The notes: generated from the sequence alone by a model not told the origin. A stretch of DNA of 64,000 nt from Eledone cirrhosa (GCA_964016885.1 OZ024740.1:133796001-133860000), one strand, 5' to 3'. Shown: positions 40,280 to 54,693, counted from the first letter of the stretch. Numbers and translations are program-made.

Positions 40280-41680
40280 TATTATAAACACACAGACAAC
40301 CATTAATATCTGAATTTTAAGTCGTGCCATCCACCTCATACAAAACGCAACATCCCATACTGCCTAGCCAGAAGAATTTGTACCATTGTAGAAGATACGA
40401 ATACCAGGTACAAACGCCTAACAGAACTAAGAGAATTTTTGCTCAAACAAAAATACCCATCTCTACTTATAGAAAATGGAATACAGCGGGCTATAAAAAT
40501 ACCTATACAACAACTTAGAACAACCCAAGGAAGAAGAAACCAAGAACTGGTATTACCATTTATAATGACACACAACCCATGTCACCAGAATATCTTCAAC
40601 ACTGCCAAAGCAAACCTACCGATCATTGCTCAAAGTAATGAATTAAAAAGCTTAATCACAGATCGATCTTTGACTCTTAGTAAAAGACAGCCAAAAAATT
40701 TGAAGCAATTGCTAACAAAAGCAAAGTTTGACCTTAACAACAAAGACCAATCATTCACTGCATCTAAATGCAATGATAATCGATGCGGCACATGTCAATC
40801 GACACGCCGGTCAATATATGAAAACAAAAACTGGAAAAATATTCCCAAATGCAAGTATGAACTGCAAAAGCAGAAATCTAATTTACTGCATTAAATGCCC
40901 GAATTGTGAAGAACTATATGTCGGTCAAACTGGAAATGCACCATCGGAACGTGCACGGGTACACCGTCAACAAATCAGAGACCCAAATGTCCGTCAGATA
41001 CCCCTAAGCGGCCACCTGGCAACATGTGGTCAGGGAATATTTATAATATTCCCATTCTACAAATTACACAGCCCAAGTGAAATCAAGAGAAAAATCAAAG
41101 AAAAGAATTTTATTGATAAATTCAAACCCAAGCTAAATGAACAATAATAACGCCTAGGGGTATTACTTCTACTACAACTATGACCACGACCACTAACAAC
41201 AACAACAACAACAATAATAATAATAATAAAAGTGATGTTGATGGTGATGATTAATAGAAAATGCTATTTTCATCATTTCAAAAAGAAAAACAATTGATAC
41301 GTTGGATATGACTATTGGTCGTTAGCATGCTCAACCAGCCGTGACGCTTAAACCAATCAGCTGTAGTAATTCAGTGAAACTACACACTGATTGGTCGAAA
41401 TACAGTTTACAGGGCTTTGCATTCTGGAGCCACTTTTCTCTGTATAAAATGTATAAAAGGTAGGAAATTTACCCATCTCATTACAGTTGAAAATTGCAAA
41501 CTCGACTGTCACCACATATCATCAACCTGAAGATTGCGAAAGCATGAAAGTACTTGTTCAATTAACACTTAGAATTTAATATTCTATCATACTATTTCAT
41601 TGTAATACCATTATATATATTTAAAGGATTGTAAATAAAACGAGTAAATCAGACAAAGTTGGAATTCCTCTTATTAATAT
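40280..41680 (+). mobile_element. 5'-truncated Neptune-like PLE (RT thumb, Cys linker, GIY-YIG, pLTR), frameshifted
   Basis: [63 protein letters not shown] / NLIYCIKCPNCEELYVGQT. Confidence 0.92.
41524..41558 (+). ncRNA. Minimal type I hammerhead ribozyme
   Basis: AAC CTGAAGA T TGC GAAA GCA T GAAA GTAC TT GTT: palindromic stem III AGTACT. Confidence 0.85.
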
Positions 41681-41727
41681 ATTCTTCTATACACAATCAT
41701 ACACACCCGTGTATATTTACCTATCTA

Positions 41728-41807
<80 letters not shown>

Positions 41808-42745
41808 GGGCTGTGTGGGTACCGGATAAAGTGTATTTATAAATTAGAGGTAAGCACGAACGGGGATAATTTCCCTTCATCAGTTGTCTGCTGGAGATCA
41901 CGGACATTTCTATGCATTAAAGACAAGATATCAAGCTCTAGTGCGGCAATAACTAAAGGACGTTATTGGGAGGGGAGGGGACTGAGACAGAGAAAAAATA
42001 TAACAGAAAGGAAAAGGAAGAAATATAGGAAAAAAAGGAAAACAAAACGGAAAAAACATACCGAAGAGGGAAACATTAAAGCACATGTGTGTAAGCAACC
42101 GAAGAAAGAGAAAAATCTAAAATCAACATCAGCTACTGGATTTAAGACAGGGGCTGTGTGGTCTGAAAAAAACACGTCTGACCTCCGCAAGAGGAGGTGA
42201 AAAAGGCGAGAAGAAAAGGCGTGAGAAGTAGTGGAAGCAGCGGGGTAGCTAGCAGAGAGTGGGAGAATAAAAGTGAGAGTGAGAAAGGGAGAGTAAGAAA
42301 GAAAAGGGAAGAGTTGATAGCAACAAAATACAAAGAGGGTGAAAAAGAGAACGGGTCACAGCAAAATTTGATAAAAAGCTTTTAGAAGAAACAGGAGCTA
42401 TGTTGTTGCTGGATAATGTGTATTTATAAATAAGAGAAAAGCACAAACGGGGGATGTATATATACACATATGTCTATATATATATACCAAAATTATATTA
42501 AAGATATCTGAGAATATCAGAATAATGCGCCGTACTACCTGTGGAATATGCTCAAAGATTCCAAGTAGTAAATCCGAGAATTTATATTAAATCAAAAGTA
42601 GGATTATATATATATATAATAAACACATGAAACAATTTAATTGTTTTAATATATATGTGTGTGTATGTGTGTGTGTGCAGGTATTTAAAATATATGTATA
42701 TATGAGGGTGTTAAAGTTTGCTTGAAGCATTGTGAAGTGTGTAAA

Positions 42746-42953
42746 ATACGTAGTTAAGAAAGCCACAACAATGCAGAGGGAAATCTCGAGGTAGGAAGTG
42801 AATGGTAGATAGGAGAAACAGGAGAAAGTGAAAATTGAGAGAGACACATCTTTGTCTCTCTCAATTTTCACTTTCTCCTGTTTCTCCTATCTACCATTCA
42901 CTTCCTACCTCGAGATTTCCCTCTGCATTGTTGTGGCTTTCTTAACTACGTAT
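42746..42953. repeat. Perfect 101-bp inverted repeat with a 6-nt spacer
   Basis: ATACGTAGTTAAG..GAGAGACA CATCTT TGTCTCTCTC..CTTAACTACGTAT. Confidence 0.92.
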
Positions 42954-43068
42954 ATGTATATATATTTAAAATTTAGCTTCAACATAGCTGTATAGATACA
43001 TCTATGTGAATTTCATTTAACTAAAGATATACGGTATGTTAATTCATTAAACATATATATCTTTAGAA

Positions 43069-43109
<41 letters not shown>

Positions 43110-43175
43110 TACATATACGAAATTCACACACACACACACACACATACTAATATACATATATTCATATATATATAG

Positions 43176-43248
<73 letters not shown>

Positions 43249-43532
43249 CTAGCAAATGACCCCCGTCCATTGGACGGTGTCAGTTCTTGGTAGGGCTGCA
43301 ATGTTAATGGTCAATTTCCGTGTTGTATGTTTAACTTGGAGGATAATTTTACCTGATCAACTCTTTCAATAAAAAAAAATGAGACGGTATTCAAAAAGAG
43401 CAAGTTTTATTTACAGATATGTGTCATTAAAATGTGAACATAGAGAAATGTATCGTTAGCCGTGTCGGTTGAACAATGTGTATTTTAAAACATCCATCAT
43501 GTACACACACACACAAACACATACACACACAA

Positions 43533-43614
<82 letters not shown>

Positions 43615-43901
43615 GCACACCATCCCAAGACGTGACGTTGTGGAAGGGGGAGAGTTAAGAAGTGTGTAAAAGGAACGCTCTCTCTCTTTATGACCGTCAT
43701 GGAATTTGTTAGTGCAAAAGTCTATAAGATTATAAAATCGAAGTTTGTGACTTTGAAATTAATCATTATGAAATAATTTGTTCTTGATGTTACAAACGGT
43801 AGCCTATTTTGGCTATGTGTTTAATTTGACAGAGATCGATGGAATATTTTCCAAGTGAAACTCTTTTACACACACACACAGAACGGGAATTATATATAAG
43901 A
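43249..43901 (-). mobile_element. Non-autonomous Helitron
   Basis: The minus strand starts TCTTATATATAA (43901) and ends with hairpin CCGTCC-AAT-GGACGG, 10 nt, then CTAG followed by T. It is inserted at an A|T within (TA)n and has an internal (TG)n. Confidence 0.7.
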
Positions 43902-43911
43902 TATATATAAG

Positions 43912-44108
43912 TAGTACCACAACAGTTAGTTCACCATACCGAGAATAATAGTTTCACCTTAAACGGATCTTCAGCTCGGACGGTAATGGTTCCGTATAAG
44001 CATTACCAGTCCGAGCTGAGTGGACTAGTAGAGCACTCAGTCCAAGAGACCAGTCCGGCCCATGGACTGAGTGCTCTACCACTACGGATATTTCTTCCAG
44101 TGTTCTAC

Positions 44109-44169
<61 letters not shown>

Positions 44170-44250
44170 GTATATATAGTATATATACATGGTGGTAGAA
44201 CACTGGAAGGTAATATCCGTAGTGGTAGAGCACTCAGTCCATGGGATGAG
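43912..44250. mobile_element. Short pLTR fragments of the 44.3-46.1-kb PLE family with an HHR (43940-43978, minus) and short inverted repeats
   Basis: Reverse complement: CGAG CTGAAGA TCC GTTTAA GGT GAAA CTATTA TT CTCG. 44059-44108 is inverted against 44195-44245. Confidence 0.6.
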
Positions 44251-44255
44251 TTAGG

Positions 44256-46071
44256 TAGAAGTGGTTACACAACAGTTAGCTCACCATACCGAGAACAATT
44301 GTTTCACCTTACCGGATCCTCAGCTCGTAATGGACATGGTTATACGGAACTGGAAGGACAACCGTACGAACGCGCGTGCGCAGAAATGATCAATTCACAC
44401 AGGCAATACTAAATTGCGTGCGAGAGGTGTAAGGGAGATAACTGCGAAAGTCCGAAAGTTTCTAGTTGATAAGAAAATTAGGATGTTGTTGTAATTCAAT
44501 CTGAAGCTTTGTAGTTATATAAGAGGTGTTTCCAGACGTGTGGACAACGTATGATGAATTCATTTCTCGTGTTTAGGCAATCACTATTGCGTAATCTCTT
44601 TAAAATATTTATTCGTTCATCAATACATAGTCCACACGACGGATTGCCTCTTGCGTATGGCTTGGACCTAGTGATGGTTTTCCATTAAATGGAGTAGTCT
44701 ATACTTGAGTCTTTGAGGGACCATACGTGGCTCGCGAGTTTCGTGGATGAACGTCTGTTCGGGTACCTAAAGGTCGACTGGTGGTTCAGGAAGCGTTTCT
44801 TAAAGCGGTTTAAAAATGATTTAGCTTCTACCTTCAATGAGTTAGGACTTAGGATAACAGTAGCTTCCAACCTCTCTAGTGTAGATTTGTTAGACATTAA
44901 TTTAGACCTTCGCGTACACACCTACATACCCGTCCATAAGCTAAACGAAAAACTCCATTACATCCACAAGAAATCATGCGACTCTCCCACTGTTTTTAGA
45001 AACTTCGTAAATAATATCACTACTAGAATCTGAAACCTCTCCTCTAATAAGGCTATCTTTGACAGGGTGGCACCCTACTATAACAGAGCGTTAGCTAACA
45101 GCGGCTCCTTCAACCTATCACTTACTCTCCCACTAACAACAACAGCAATAAGAAAAGAAAGCGTAACAATAGACAAACTATCTGGTTCTCTCCTCCCTTC
45201 TCACTCAACGTTAAAACCAATGTAGGCAAACAGATTCTAGCCCTCTTAGATAGACACTTTCCCATAGGTCATAAATACCGCCCCATCTTTAACCGACATG
45301 AAGTAAAACTAGGATACTCTTGCGCTAAGAAGATGAAGTCCCACATCACCAACAGCCCTAAAAGCAACACCCCCACGAGGGTGCTCTTGCCGTAAGCCCG
45401 AAGCTTGTCCCCTTCAACAGCAATGCAACACACCCGCTGTAGTTTATGAAGCTGTGGTCACTTCCAACCGACCAAATCAAACACAGGAGGGCAAATCCTA
45501 TGTGGGTATGGCGGAGGGCCGATTTAAGGAACGCTTCCTGAACCACCAGTCAACCTTTAGGTACCCGGACAGACGTTCATCCACTAAACTCGCGAGCCAT
45601 GTATGGTCCCTCAAGGACTCAAGTATTGACTACTCCATTCAATGGAAAACCATCACTAAGTTCAAGCCATACGCAAGGGGCAATCCGTCGTGTGGACTAT
45701 GTATTGATGAAAGAATAAATATTTTAAAGAGATTACGCAATAGTGATTGCCTAAACACGAGAAATGAATTCTTCACACGTTGTCCACGCGTCTGGAAATA
45801 CCTCTTACATAATTACAAAGCGTCGGATTGAATTACAACAACATCCTAATTTTCTTATCAACTAGAAAATTTCGGACTTTCGCAGTTATCTCCCTTACAC
45901 CTCTCGCACGCAATTTAGTATTGCCTGTGTGAATTAATCGTTTCTGCGCTCGCGCGTTCGTACGGTTGTCCTTCATGTTTCATATAACCATGTCTATTAC
46001 GAGCTGAGCATCCGGTAAGGTGAAACAATTGTTCTCGGTATGGTGAACTAACTGTTGTGTAACCACTTCTA
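44256..46071 (+). mobile_element. 5'-truncated PLE (RT end + GIY-YIG + pLTR) with a ~550-bp inverted 5' arm
   Basis: VDLLDINLDL..IWFSPPFS..YVGMAEGRFKERFLNHQSTF..CGLCIDE..RCP. 44256-44808 is the reverse complement of ~45519-46071. Confidence 0.92.
44290..44327 (-). ncRNA. Minimal type I hammerhead ribozyme (sister at 46000-46037 + has G8>C)
   Basis: Reverse complement: CGAG CTGAGGA T CC GGTAA GG T GAAA CAATTG TT CTCG. Confidence 0.8.
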
Positions 46072-46090
46072 TATATATACATATATATAT

Positions 46091-46770
46091 AACGAAGGAA
46101 ATAGGAAATGTGGTAAGGAACCAGGTGGACCATAACGCGCCAGTATTCGATACTTAGTGTAGTAAAGTGGGTAATAGGAAAAAGAGTCAGCACCCCGGCG
46201 GCTGAGCTCCGGCCGTTTCGGCAGCTAGGTCTGAACTAACGCAGTAGTGTCAGGACGGTAGTAATCTAGCTGAACTTTTCAAGAAATAATTCCATATATG
46301 AGCATGCAATGAGAGCGTAGTAATATTATCATTCAAACAATTCTAAAAGTTTCTGTTTTTCATTGCATACCTATATATGGAATCGAAGTGAAGGCGCATG
46401 GCTTAGTGGTTAGAGCATTGGGCTTGCAATCGAAAGGTTGTGAGTTCAATTCTCGGACCGGGTGCTATGTTGTTTACTTGAGCAAGACACTTTATTTCAC
46501 GTTGCTCCAGTTTACTCAGCTGTAGAAATGAGATGATAGAACTGGGGTCCCTATCATTAAATTACCCAAGAGACCTCCAACGAGATATACCTTGGAGGAG
46601 GCCAGCTAAACCTGCAAAGGTGGGAGCTGTCACACACACACACACACATATGGAATTACACCTTGAAAAGTTCAGCTAGATTACTACCGTCCTAACACTA
46701 CTGCGTTATTTCAGATCTAGCTGTCGAAACGGCCGGGGCTCAGCCGCCGCCGTCCTAACTCTTTTCCTAT
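46091..46770. mobile_element. Inverted arms of a short dispersed family (also at 1-25 and 51407-51610) enclosing a SINE
   Basis: ~46175-46298 is the reverse complement of ~46646-46770. The terminus GTTCCTTACCA..CCTTCGT|TATATA is shared with position 1-25 and 51588-51611. Confidence 0.7.
46389..46556 (+). mobile_element. tRNA-derived CORE-type SINE
   Basis: TGGCTTAGTGGTTAGAGC..GAGTTCAATTC..CTTGAGCAAGACACTTTATTTCACGTTGCTCCAG. Near-identical head at 61958. Confidence 0.8.
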
Positions 46771-47523
46771 ATATATATATATATGGGGTGGGGCTCGTGC
46801 GTATGTGCGTATATCTCTATAGATATGCATATAAATTTTCGGAAATACTTCGAGCTTTAATTCTATTGCTAATAGGATTATGGATATAAGCATTTTTATC
46901 CAGTCTCCATCCAGAGCCTCTGCAACCTTTCCATTCAAGTCCTTTCCCTACTTAACTTTTATTACTGTTGACTGTATTGTACTGGAACATTTCACAGCTT
47001 CGAAAACGCTTTCAATGTTCTAAATAATAATGTATACAGTTGAACCAGACAAGTCTAAATCAGGTCCAATAACATTTCTTTTCCCCTGCTTCATGCTGGC
47101 TAATTATATCCAGATTAATTTCCAAATTAAGTGATATCTCTCTTTGATAGTAGTAAACCTATAGTAGCTAGCAATATTCTTGCGATATGCTTAGTGAACT
47201 ATAAATGTTGGCGACAGAACATGTGATGATTATATTATTCGGAAATACTCATGAGCTCAGTGCAAACATAAGAATATTTGAATTTAACTGCTGAATCATA
47301 GGTCGTGGCACGAAGTTCATGTCTCGAGGAGTGCCTATATATATATACATAATGATAATTATTAAATAAATAAATCAATGCTATTTTTAATTAATACATA
47401 AATTAACTAATACCTTAACACTTCACACAAAGTAAAATATTTTGATTTAAACATTTTCTAACCCAGAAAAAAGAGGAGAAATAAGGAAAAATATATTTTT
47501 CTTCCTAATAATCGTTTTCTTCT

Positions 47524-47559
<36 letters not shown>

Positions 47560-47563
<4 letters not shown>

Positions 47564-48950
47564 GACATTCTCCAGCATGAACGCCAATATAAAGTTCAGC
47601 ATGGAACACCCCGATGACCGCGGATCCCTACCCTATTGGACTTCCGACTCAAGGTAACAGAAGAAGGTGACATCCACACCTGCTTCTATAAAAAAAAAGC
47701 CGCCAGCAAGGACCTGTTCGTACATTTAAGATCGGCCCTCCCAGTCAGTGCTAAGTTCGGATACATAAGGAACGAACTAACACGTATCCGGAACAAATGC
47801 ACCGACGCAAGAGACCGAGACACACACACCTCACATTTCCTGGAAGTACTTAAACTGAACGGATACCCGACGTCCAACGCGAACCGTGTTAAAAACAACA
47901 GAGGACACCACACCCGAGGCACTAACACCTACTTCCTGAAGCTCCCACTCTTCAGTTACGAAACTACAACAGCAATCCGCAGAGCTATCAGACGAGAGGG
48001 ACTAGATATCCAGCTAGCCCACTCAGCACCTTCTCTACGCGGACAGCTAACTTAGAGACACTCCACCAGACATGACAGCCGCTGCACGCAAGCCAACTGC
48101 CCCATCGACGAGACAGACCTATGCCACCAGGCTTACGTCGTATACAGATTAGAGTGCGACAAATGCAGCAATTTCTACATAGGTAGCAGCACCAGACCAC
48201 TTCACATTAGAATAAAAGAACACCTAAACACTAATGCTTCCTCGTTTAAGAAACACCTAATGAAATGCAAAAACAGCGACAGAAACATAATAGTTAGGAT
48301 AGAAGCTAAGGAAAGAAACTCGGCAATCTCAGAATTAATAGAACTCAACACCGAATTTTTAACATGATAGAGCACCTAGCTCCACACTAACACCGCCACG
48401 TATCCTCTCACACTCACACACACACACACACACGCACACGCACACACACACACGCACGCTTACACCTTTACTTATTTTCTCACACACACACATACACACA
48501 CATAGACCAGTTTTAACATGATAGAGCTTCTAGTCCTCACAATTACATATAAACATATCCTCTCATATTCACACACACACACGCACACACACACACACAC
48601 ACACGCATGCTTACACCTTCACGTATTCTCTCACACACACATACACACACTTAGACATACATGTCCAAACCCTTTTAAGGGCAGACAACCTTTTATCCAC
48701 CTAACCTTCACTCTTTGACATTAAAAATAGAATGGAATTTCTATACTATTTTCCTGTCATCATGACATATATAATTAGAACACTGAATTAACCCTTTACT
48801 TCCCTCTGAAGAAGAGATATTATCTCGAAATATAAGGATATTCAAATAAATTTAAGGTAAAAGACTAATTGTCAGCAATATCTTTTGCAATTGTATTTAT
48901 ATTCTCTATCCATACCTGCATTATTCTGGCCTTCTAACTTCAAACATTTA
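47560..48950 (+). mobile_element. 5'-truncated PLE (RT end + GIY-YIG + pLTR)
   Basis: IKFSMEHPDDRGSLPLLDF..FYKK..HLRSALP..LKLNGYP; CTQANCP..VVYRLECDKCSNFYIGSSTRPLHIRIKEHL. HHR followed by AATAAA at the 3' end. Confidence 0.9.
48803..48837 (+). ncRNA. Minimal type I hammerhead ribozyme
   Basis: CCT CTGAAGA A GAGAT ATT ATCTC GAAA TA TA AGG. Confidence 0.8.
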
Positions 48951-49283
48951 TATGTATATATATATATATATAGAAACTGTGAGTCCCGGGTTCAGTGAGA
49001 GATAGCTATGGTTAGTAAGGTGCTCCATAAATTAGTAGAGTGTAAACATCAAGTTTAAAATAGAAATGTCTTCTACAGGACTAGAACTATTTCATTGAAG
49101 AGAAATCACCAGGAAAGTTTTCCTGGTGATTTCTTTTGAATGAAACAGTTCTACATATATATATGTATATAATAAAGTATGCGTTCCTACGTGTAAAAAA
49201 TACATATAAGGATACAAGTATTGCCCAACCATATGCCAATGTGGTTCTATGGCAGGTTAATAAATTAACAAGCGAGAATTTAT

Positions 49284-49858
49284 AAAATCAAGGTCTAGCA
49301 AATAGAGAAAAAGTTTTAAAATAAATTCTAAAAAGTTCACTGTACTTACTATATGTGCCTTTACCGCGCGGTTTCAAACCCCAAAAGAAATATATAATCC
49401 AAGCGGATTTCCATTGAGAAAGGAAATTTTCGTCAGAAGGCTTTTCTCGCTCGGAGAATATAGAATTCCCGAGTTCAAATCACAAACTGGCGCGATACAA
49501 AACTGTTCCCGAATGAGAGTGAATGATCAAAGAAACAATTTTGTCTAGTGTCGTGTTTAAAGAAAAAAGGCCTGACCTGTCTTTACACACGGCACTAGAC
49601 AAAATTGTTTCTTTGATCATTCACTCTCATTCGGGAACAGTTTTATATGGCGCCAGTTTGTGATTTGAACTCGGGAATTCTATATTCTCCGAGCGAGAAA
49701 AGCCTTCTGACGAAAATTACCTTTCTCAATGGAAATCCGCTTGGATTATCTATTTATTTGGGGGTTTGAAACCGCGCGGTAAAGGCACATATAGTAAGTA
49801 CAGTGAACTTTTTAAAATTTATTTTTAAACTTTTTCTCTATTTGCTAGACCTTGATTT

Positions 49859-49859
<1 letters not shown>
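49284..49859. mobile_element. ~576-bp palindromic non-coding element with an outward-facing HHR in each arm
   Basis: Arms of ~280 bp are reverse complements around ~49572. HHRs at 49357-49441 (-) and 49702-49786 (+). A single-arm homologue lies at 30614-30850. Confidence 0.88.
49702..49786 (+). ncRNA. Type I hammerhead with extended stem II
   Basis: GCCTT CTGACGA AAAT..GTTT GAAA CCG CG CGG TA AAGGC. Confidence 0.82.
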
Positions 49860-49913
<54 letters not shown>

Positions 49914-50075
49914 GTGTGGGTGTGTGTTTGTTATGTATATGTGTAAGTATGTGCGTGTGTTATTTTACTCTGTTGGCTAATGTATGTCTCATGAACCTAA
50001 AAAGCTTTTGAAAGCCCCTGCATGACCTGGTAATAAAAATACAATCTACCCTAACGTACTAAATTGTATTTTCAG

Positions 50076-50159
50076 GGATTGGTGGAAGAGGGCACTATTC
50101 AATTTTCATGGCCATTTTTGCGTTCGTGGCCATTTTTGCATATGTACCTTTGATACAGG
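50076..50159 (+). CDS. Candidate 84-bp internal coding exon (phase 1-1) encoding a signal-peptide/TM-like segment of an unidentified host gene
   Basis: Branch-like CTAAC at 50051, acceptor TTGTATTTTCAG| and donor CAGG|GTAATT. The open frame reads (x)IGGRGHYSIFMAIFAFVAIFAYVPLIQ(G). Lies in apparently unique sequence. Confidence 0.5.
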
Positions 50160-50910
50160 GTAATTCATATTTTTCTGGCTAGTTTACATGTCTACATATT
50201 TAAGAAAAATGTCACAGTCGTGGTTACCCACTTTATCGTACATTTCGGCAGCTTACCACACTTTTCTATGTGCAATCTTGCATGCCTTAATTTCAACTAT
50301 TATTAATAACTGCACAGTTTCTCTGCAGGGAATATGTTGAAATATAAACCTCATTTGGTCATTCCATTTCGTTAGCTTATGAACTTTGCAGCCAACCCTC
50401 TTAATATACAATCATATTATATTGATATATAAAATATCGACTCATTGACCATAATACCTCGATGAGAATGAAGCTCTAAAATACCAAAAATAGCGGGCGC
50501 TCATACAGGTAGTTTTATGGATACAACATCATTAATATAGAATCAAGTGATAGATAGATCAATAGTTACATAGATGGATAGATAGAAAGTATTTGCCAAA
50601 GGTTATTTTCTGCATTGGGATACATATTCAAATTCCGAATTCTCCCAACGCTACGTAATTTTGTCGACACTACATTTCAATGCACCTACGTATGTATTTA
50701 TGTATGGACGGGCGGTAGAAATTCTACTTGATATTTCCACTTAATTCTTTCAAGTACGAGTGTATGAGTGTATATGTGTGTCCCTGGGCCATCATATACA
50801 TTGAAGCTAGACATCAAAGAGTTTGCCATCAAATCTACCTGAAACCATACCCTTCTGTCAAATGTCATTGATGAAACACCCAACACCAGCTGAATACCTC
50901 TATTATCTAA

Positions 50911-50960
<50 letters not shown>

Positions 50961-51348
50961 CGCGTGTAGTACAGGAATATATCAATATAAGCATAAATAT
51001 ATATACAAATTACCATTTTTCCTGCCCTGTATGTATATAATTCGTATTGTTTTCCTAGAAAACCCGATTGTGTCCGTAGTGTTTTAATCTTGAACAGATA
51101 TCTTTCTTTTGAGACCATTGGCGCTCATGGAAGTATTTTAACGAACTCAAATTATAAAGTCGCTCAATAGATAACTGACGAGCGGGAATTCTCTGTGTCC
51201 ATCATCCTGATAAAGGCTTTTGTTTCCTTTTACTCTCACTTTCTAACCTCAGCTTCCTCCTAACTTTCCTCCTCGTAAAGAATGAATAACATCTCATACG
51301 TTGATAGATAATGTTTTTCTTGTCCAATAAGCGTGAAACATATAGGGC

Positions 51349-51760
<412 letters not shown>

Positions 51761-52051
51761 CGTATGCGTGTGTGTGTGTTTGCGGTATAGTCGAATTGGT
51801 ATAGTCTTTAGAACCTCAGAATATTTGGCAACATTTGATCGCATCGAGGTCAGTTTGCCTAACATTTTCAAGGTCAATAAAAGAACATGTAATCTATCAC
51901 TGTAGACCAAATCTTCCTTTATATCTCTTTCTCACTTCGTCTCTCACATTCTCCATCCTTCGATGTAAGAAATTGATTGAAGGGTGACATAGAGAAAATT
52001 GGGCTCCGACATGTCTCAAATACGTCCCTACAACCCCATCGGGAGTCACAG

Positions 52052-52126
<75 letters not shown>

Positions 52127-52153
52127 TATATACATACATATACATATATATAT

Positions 52154-52192
<39 letters not shown>

Positions 52193-52415
52193 TATACATA
52201 CATACATATATATATACATACATATATATATATACATACATACATATATATACATACATACATACATATATATATATACATACATACATATATATACATA
52301 ATACATATATATACATACATATATATATACATAGATATATATATACATACATACATATATACACATACATACAAATATATACATACATATATATATATAT
52401 ATTTATATATATATA

Positions 52416-52477
<62 letters not shown>

Positions 52478-53399
52478 TACAGAGCTGTAGTTGTAAACAA
52501 ATCCGTGTAGATTTATGTATGTGTGTCTGTGTGCATGCATACATGCGTAGACTACACATGATATAGTGTAATGTATCTTACATGAATGTTTAATATTCTT
52601 CCTTTTAATGCAAACTATAATATATAGAAATAAGACTGGAATCGTTGATATTTATGGCTCTCCAGTTCTTACGAAGGAGATCTAGCGTTATTAAAGAAAA
52701 GCCAGAGTATAAAGGAATCAATTTATGGTAGAATTCTCTGATAGTATAAACATGAAATATGCCAAGAGAAGTGCAGTAACATGATTGGCTCGTAGAATGG
52801 AACATAGACGCTTCTATAATCTTCCTTAAATATCGATTTCTTTCTCATATTTTAAGGTCAATATTGTAAGAGTATAAGTTCACAGGGCCAGATATCATCA
52901 TCACACAATCATTGAATAAAATCAATTTTTGTCTTATACCTTCTCACACTCCTATATCTACGCATATATGCGTCCCATTTCTCGTTAAGGCATAAGAGCA
53001 CTACTTGAAATAGTCTTCTTAATATGGTGTATCTAAGGCATGTCCGCACTTTGTATTGCCATATAATAAAAGATCCGTCAATTATACAGTCCTCCCACTG
53101 CTTCTAATCTTCGGTGTATGTTTCCCTAATGCATCGAATATACTGGGTTTTTTTTGTACATAGCTATAACACATATATAGAAAGCACTACTAACAGTATT
53201 AGTGTAACAACAATTAAGTATGACTTTTTAAGCTCTACTCAGAACTCGGTTAGCATGAAATGGGGTGAGAGAATAATTCATGGATACATAAGACATGTTT
53301 TAATCCTAACACAAGTGCAGTAATTTAAATGGAGCTGTTAGACTGACAACTGCTGAAAATAACAACGACAACAATTTGAATATTTGCACCGATACAGTT

Positions 53400-54520
53400 A
53401 ACAATATGCTTCGGGAGATCGTGATACTATTGTCACGAGGGGTAAGCCTGTTTCATTGACATCGAGAAGGCATGCCACTGCATTCCACGAGGCTTGTAGA
53501 AGATTCTGCAAGATTATAGAATCGACGGACTTCTTGGTCCCTATTGCAATACCCTAGTATATATTTTCGAATAAATGGTCGAAACAATTTAATGTGGGTG
53601 TCGAACTCCGCCAAGGATGTGTAATGTCACTTCACATGTTCGTATCCTTCATAAACTGGGTTGACATGTACTGCCGGGGTAGAAGTGATATTAAAACCGG
53701 TAGGTGTAGGATCAGTCCACTGATATTTACAAGCGGCATGGTGCTACTGATGTCATCGGAAAGTGATCTCCGGTATGCACTTGATAAGTTTGCTGCCAGT
53801 ATTGCACAGCAACAATGAAAATTAGTTTTGCAAAGACTGAGATGTTTGGCCTCTCGAATGTGAGGCTACACTGAAGCAGGTTGAGAAGTTCAAGTATCTC
53901 TGGGCCGTTGTCACAAGTGATGGAAGGCAGCGGGTTGGATTAAATGCAGAAATAGCTGGAGCTGGTGCAATAATGCTCCAGCTTCAGCACTTGGTCGTCA
54001 GATCAAGCGAAATAGATGTAAAAGCCAAATTCGCTATCTTCAAGTTATTGTTCGTCCCTATCCATACTTATGATTATAAATAATGGATAACGTCCGAAAT
54101 AGCACTATCGCAAATACAAGGGGTTGAAATGGGGTTCCTCTGAAGGGTCTTTGGAGTAACGTTACTAGTTAGGAAGCATAGCTTGAGGGTGAGAGATTGA
54201 CTTCAGGTAGAACAGCTACTTCTACTCATCGAGAGAAATTAGCTCCAATAATACGGACATATGCTTAAAATGTCTAAGGAAAGATTTGCTGGACAGATTT
54301 TACGGGCAAAGCCAACCGACAGGAGGCACAGATGTACATCCATAAGCTCGGTTGCTCACGTTTGAGGAACTTATTGGATCATAAGGAAATGGTTATTTTT
54401 TATAAACCCCAAGAAGACGTGTCTGAGGACACTGCTACTACGACCTTCTCGGGAATAAGTGAGCAAAGAAGAACAATCACAACAAGAACAACAACAACAA
54501 CAATAACAACAACAAGATTT
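53400..54520 (+). mobile_element. Old degenerate RTE-type LINE 3' half with (ACA)n tail
   Basis: FIDIEKA, VELRQGCVMS, LKQVEKFKYL, FVPIHTYDY, EMGFL*RV remnants across frames. Confidence 0.75.
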
Positions 54521-54625
54521 TGTACATGTTAAACCCTCCTTAGATTAAGTTAAAACAACTGTCCACGGGATCATTATACATGCATATATATATGCATGTA
54601 TATATATATATGCATGTATATATGC

Positions 54626-54693
<68 letters not shown>

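Noticed and set aside
46389-46465. tRNA genes (also 29330-29403 and 61958-62030)
   Set aside because: Box A/B heads continue into CORE-like SINE bodies and do not form complete cloverleafs.
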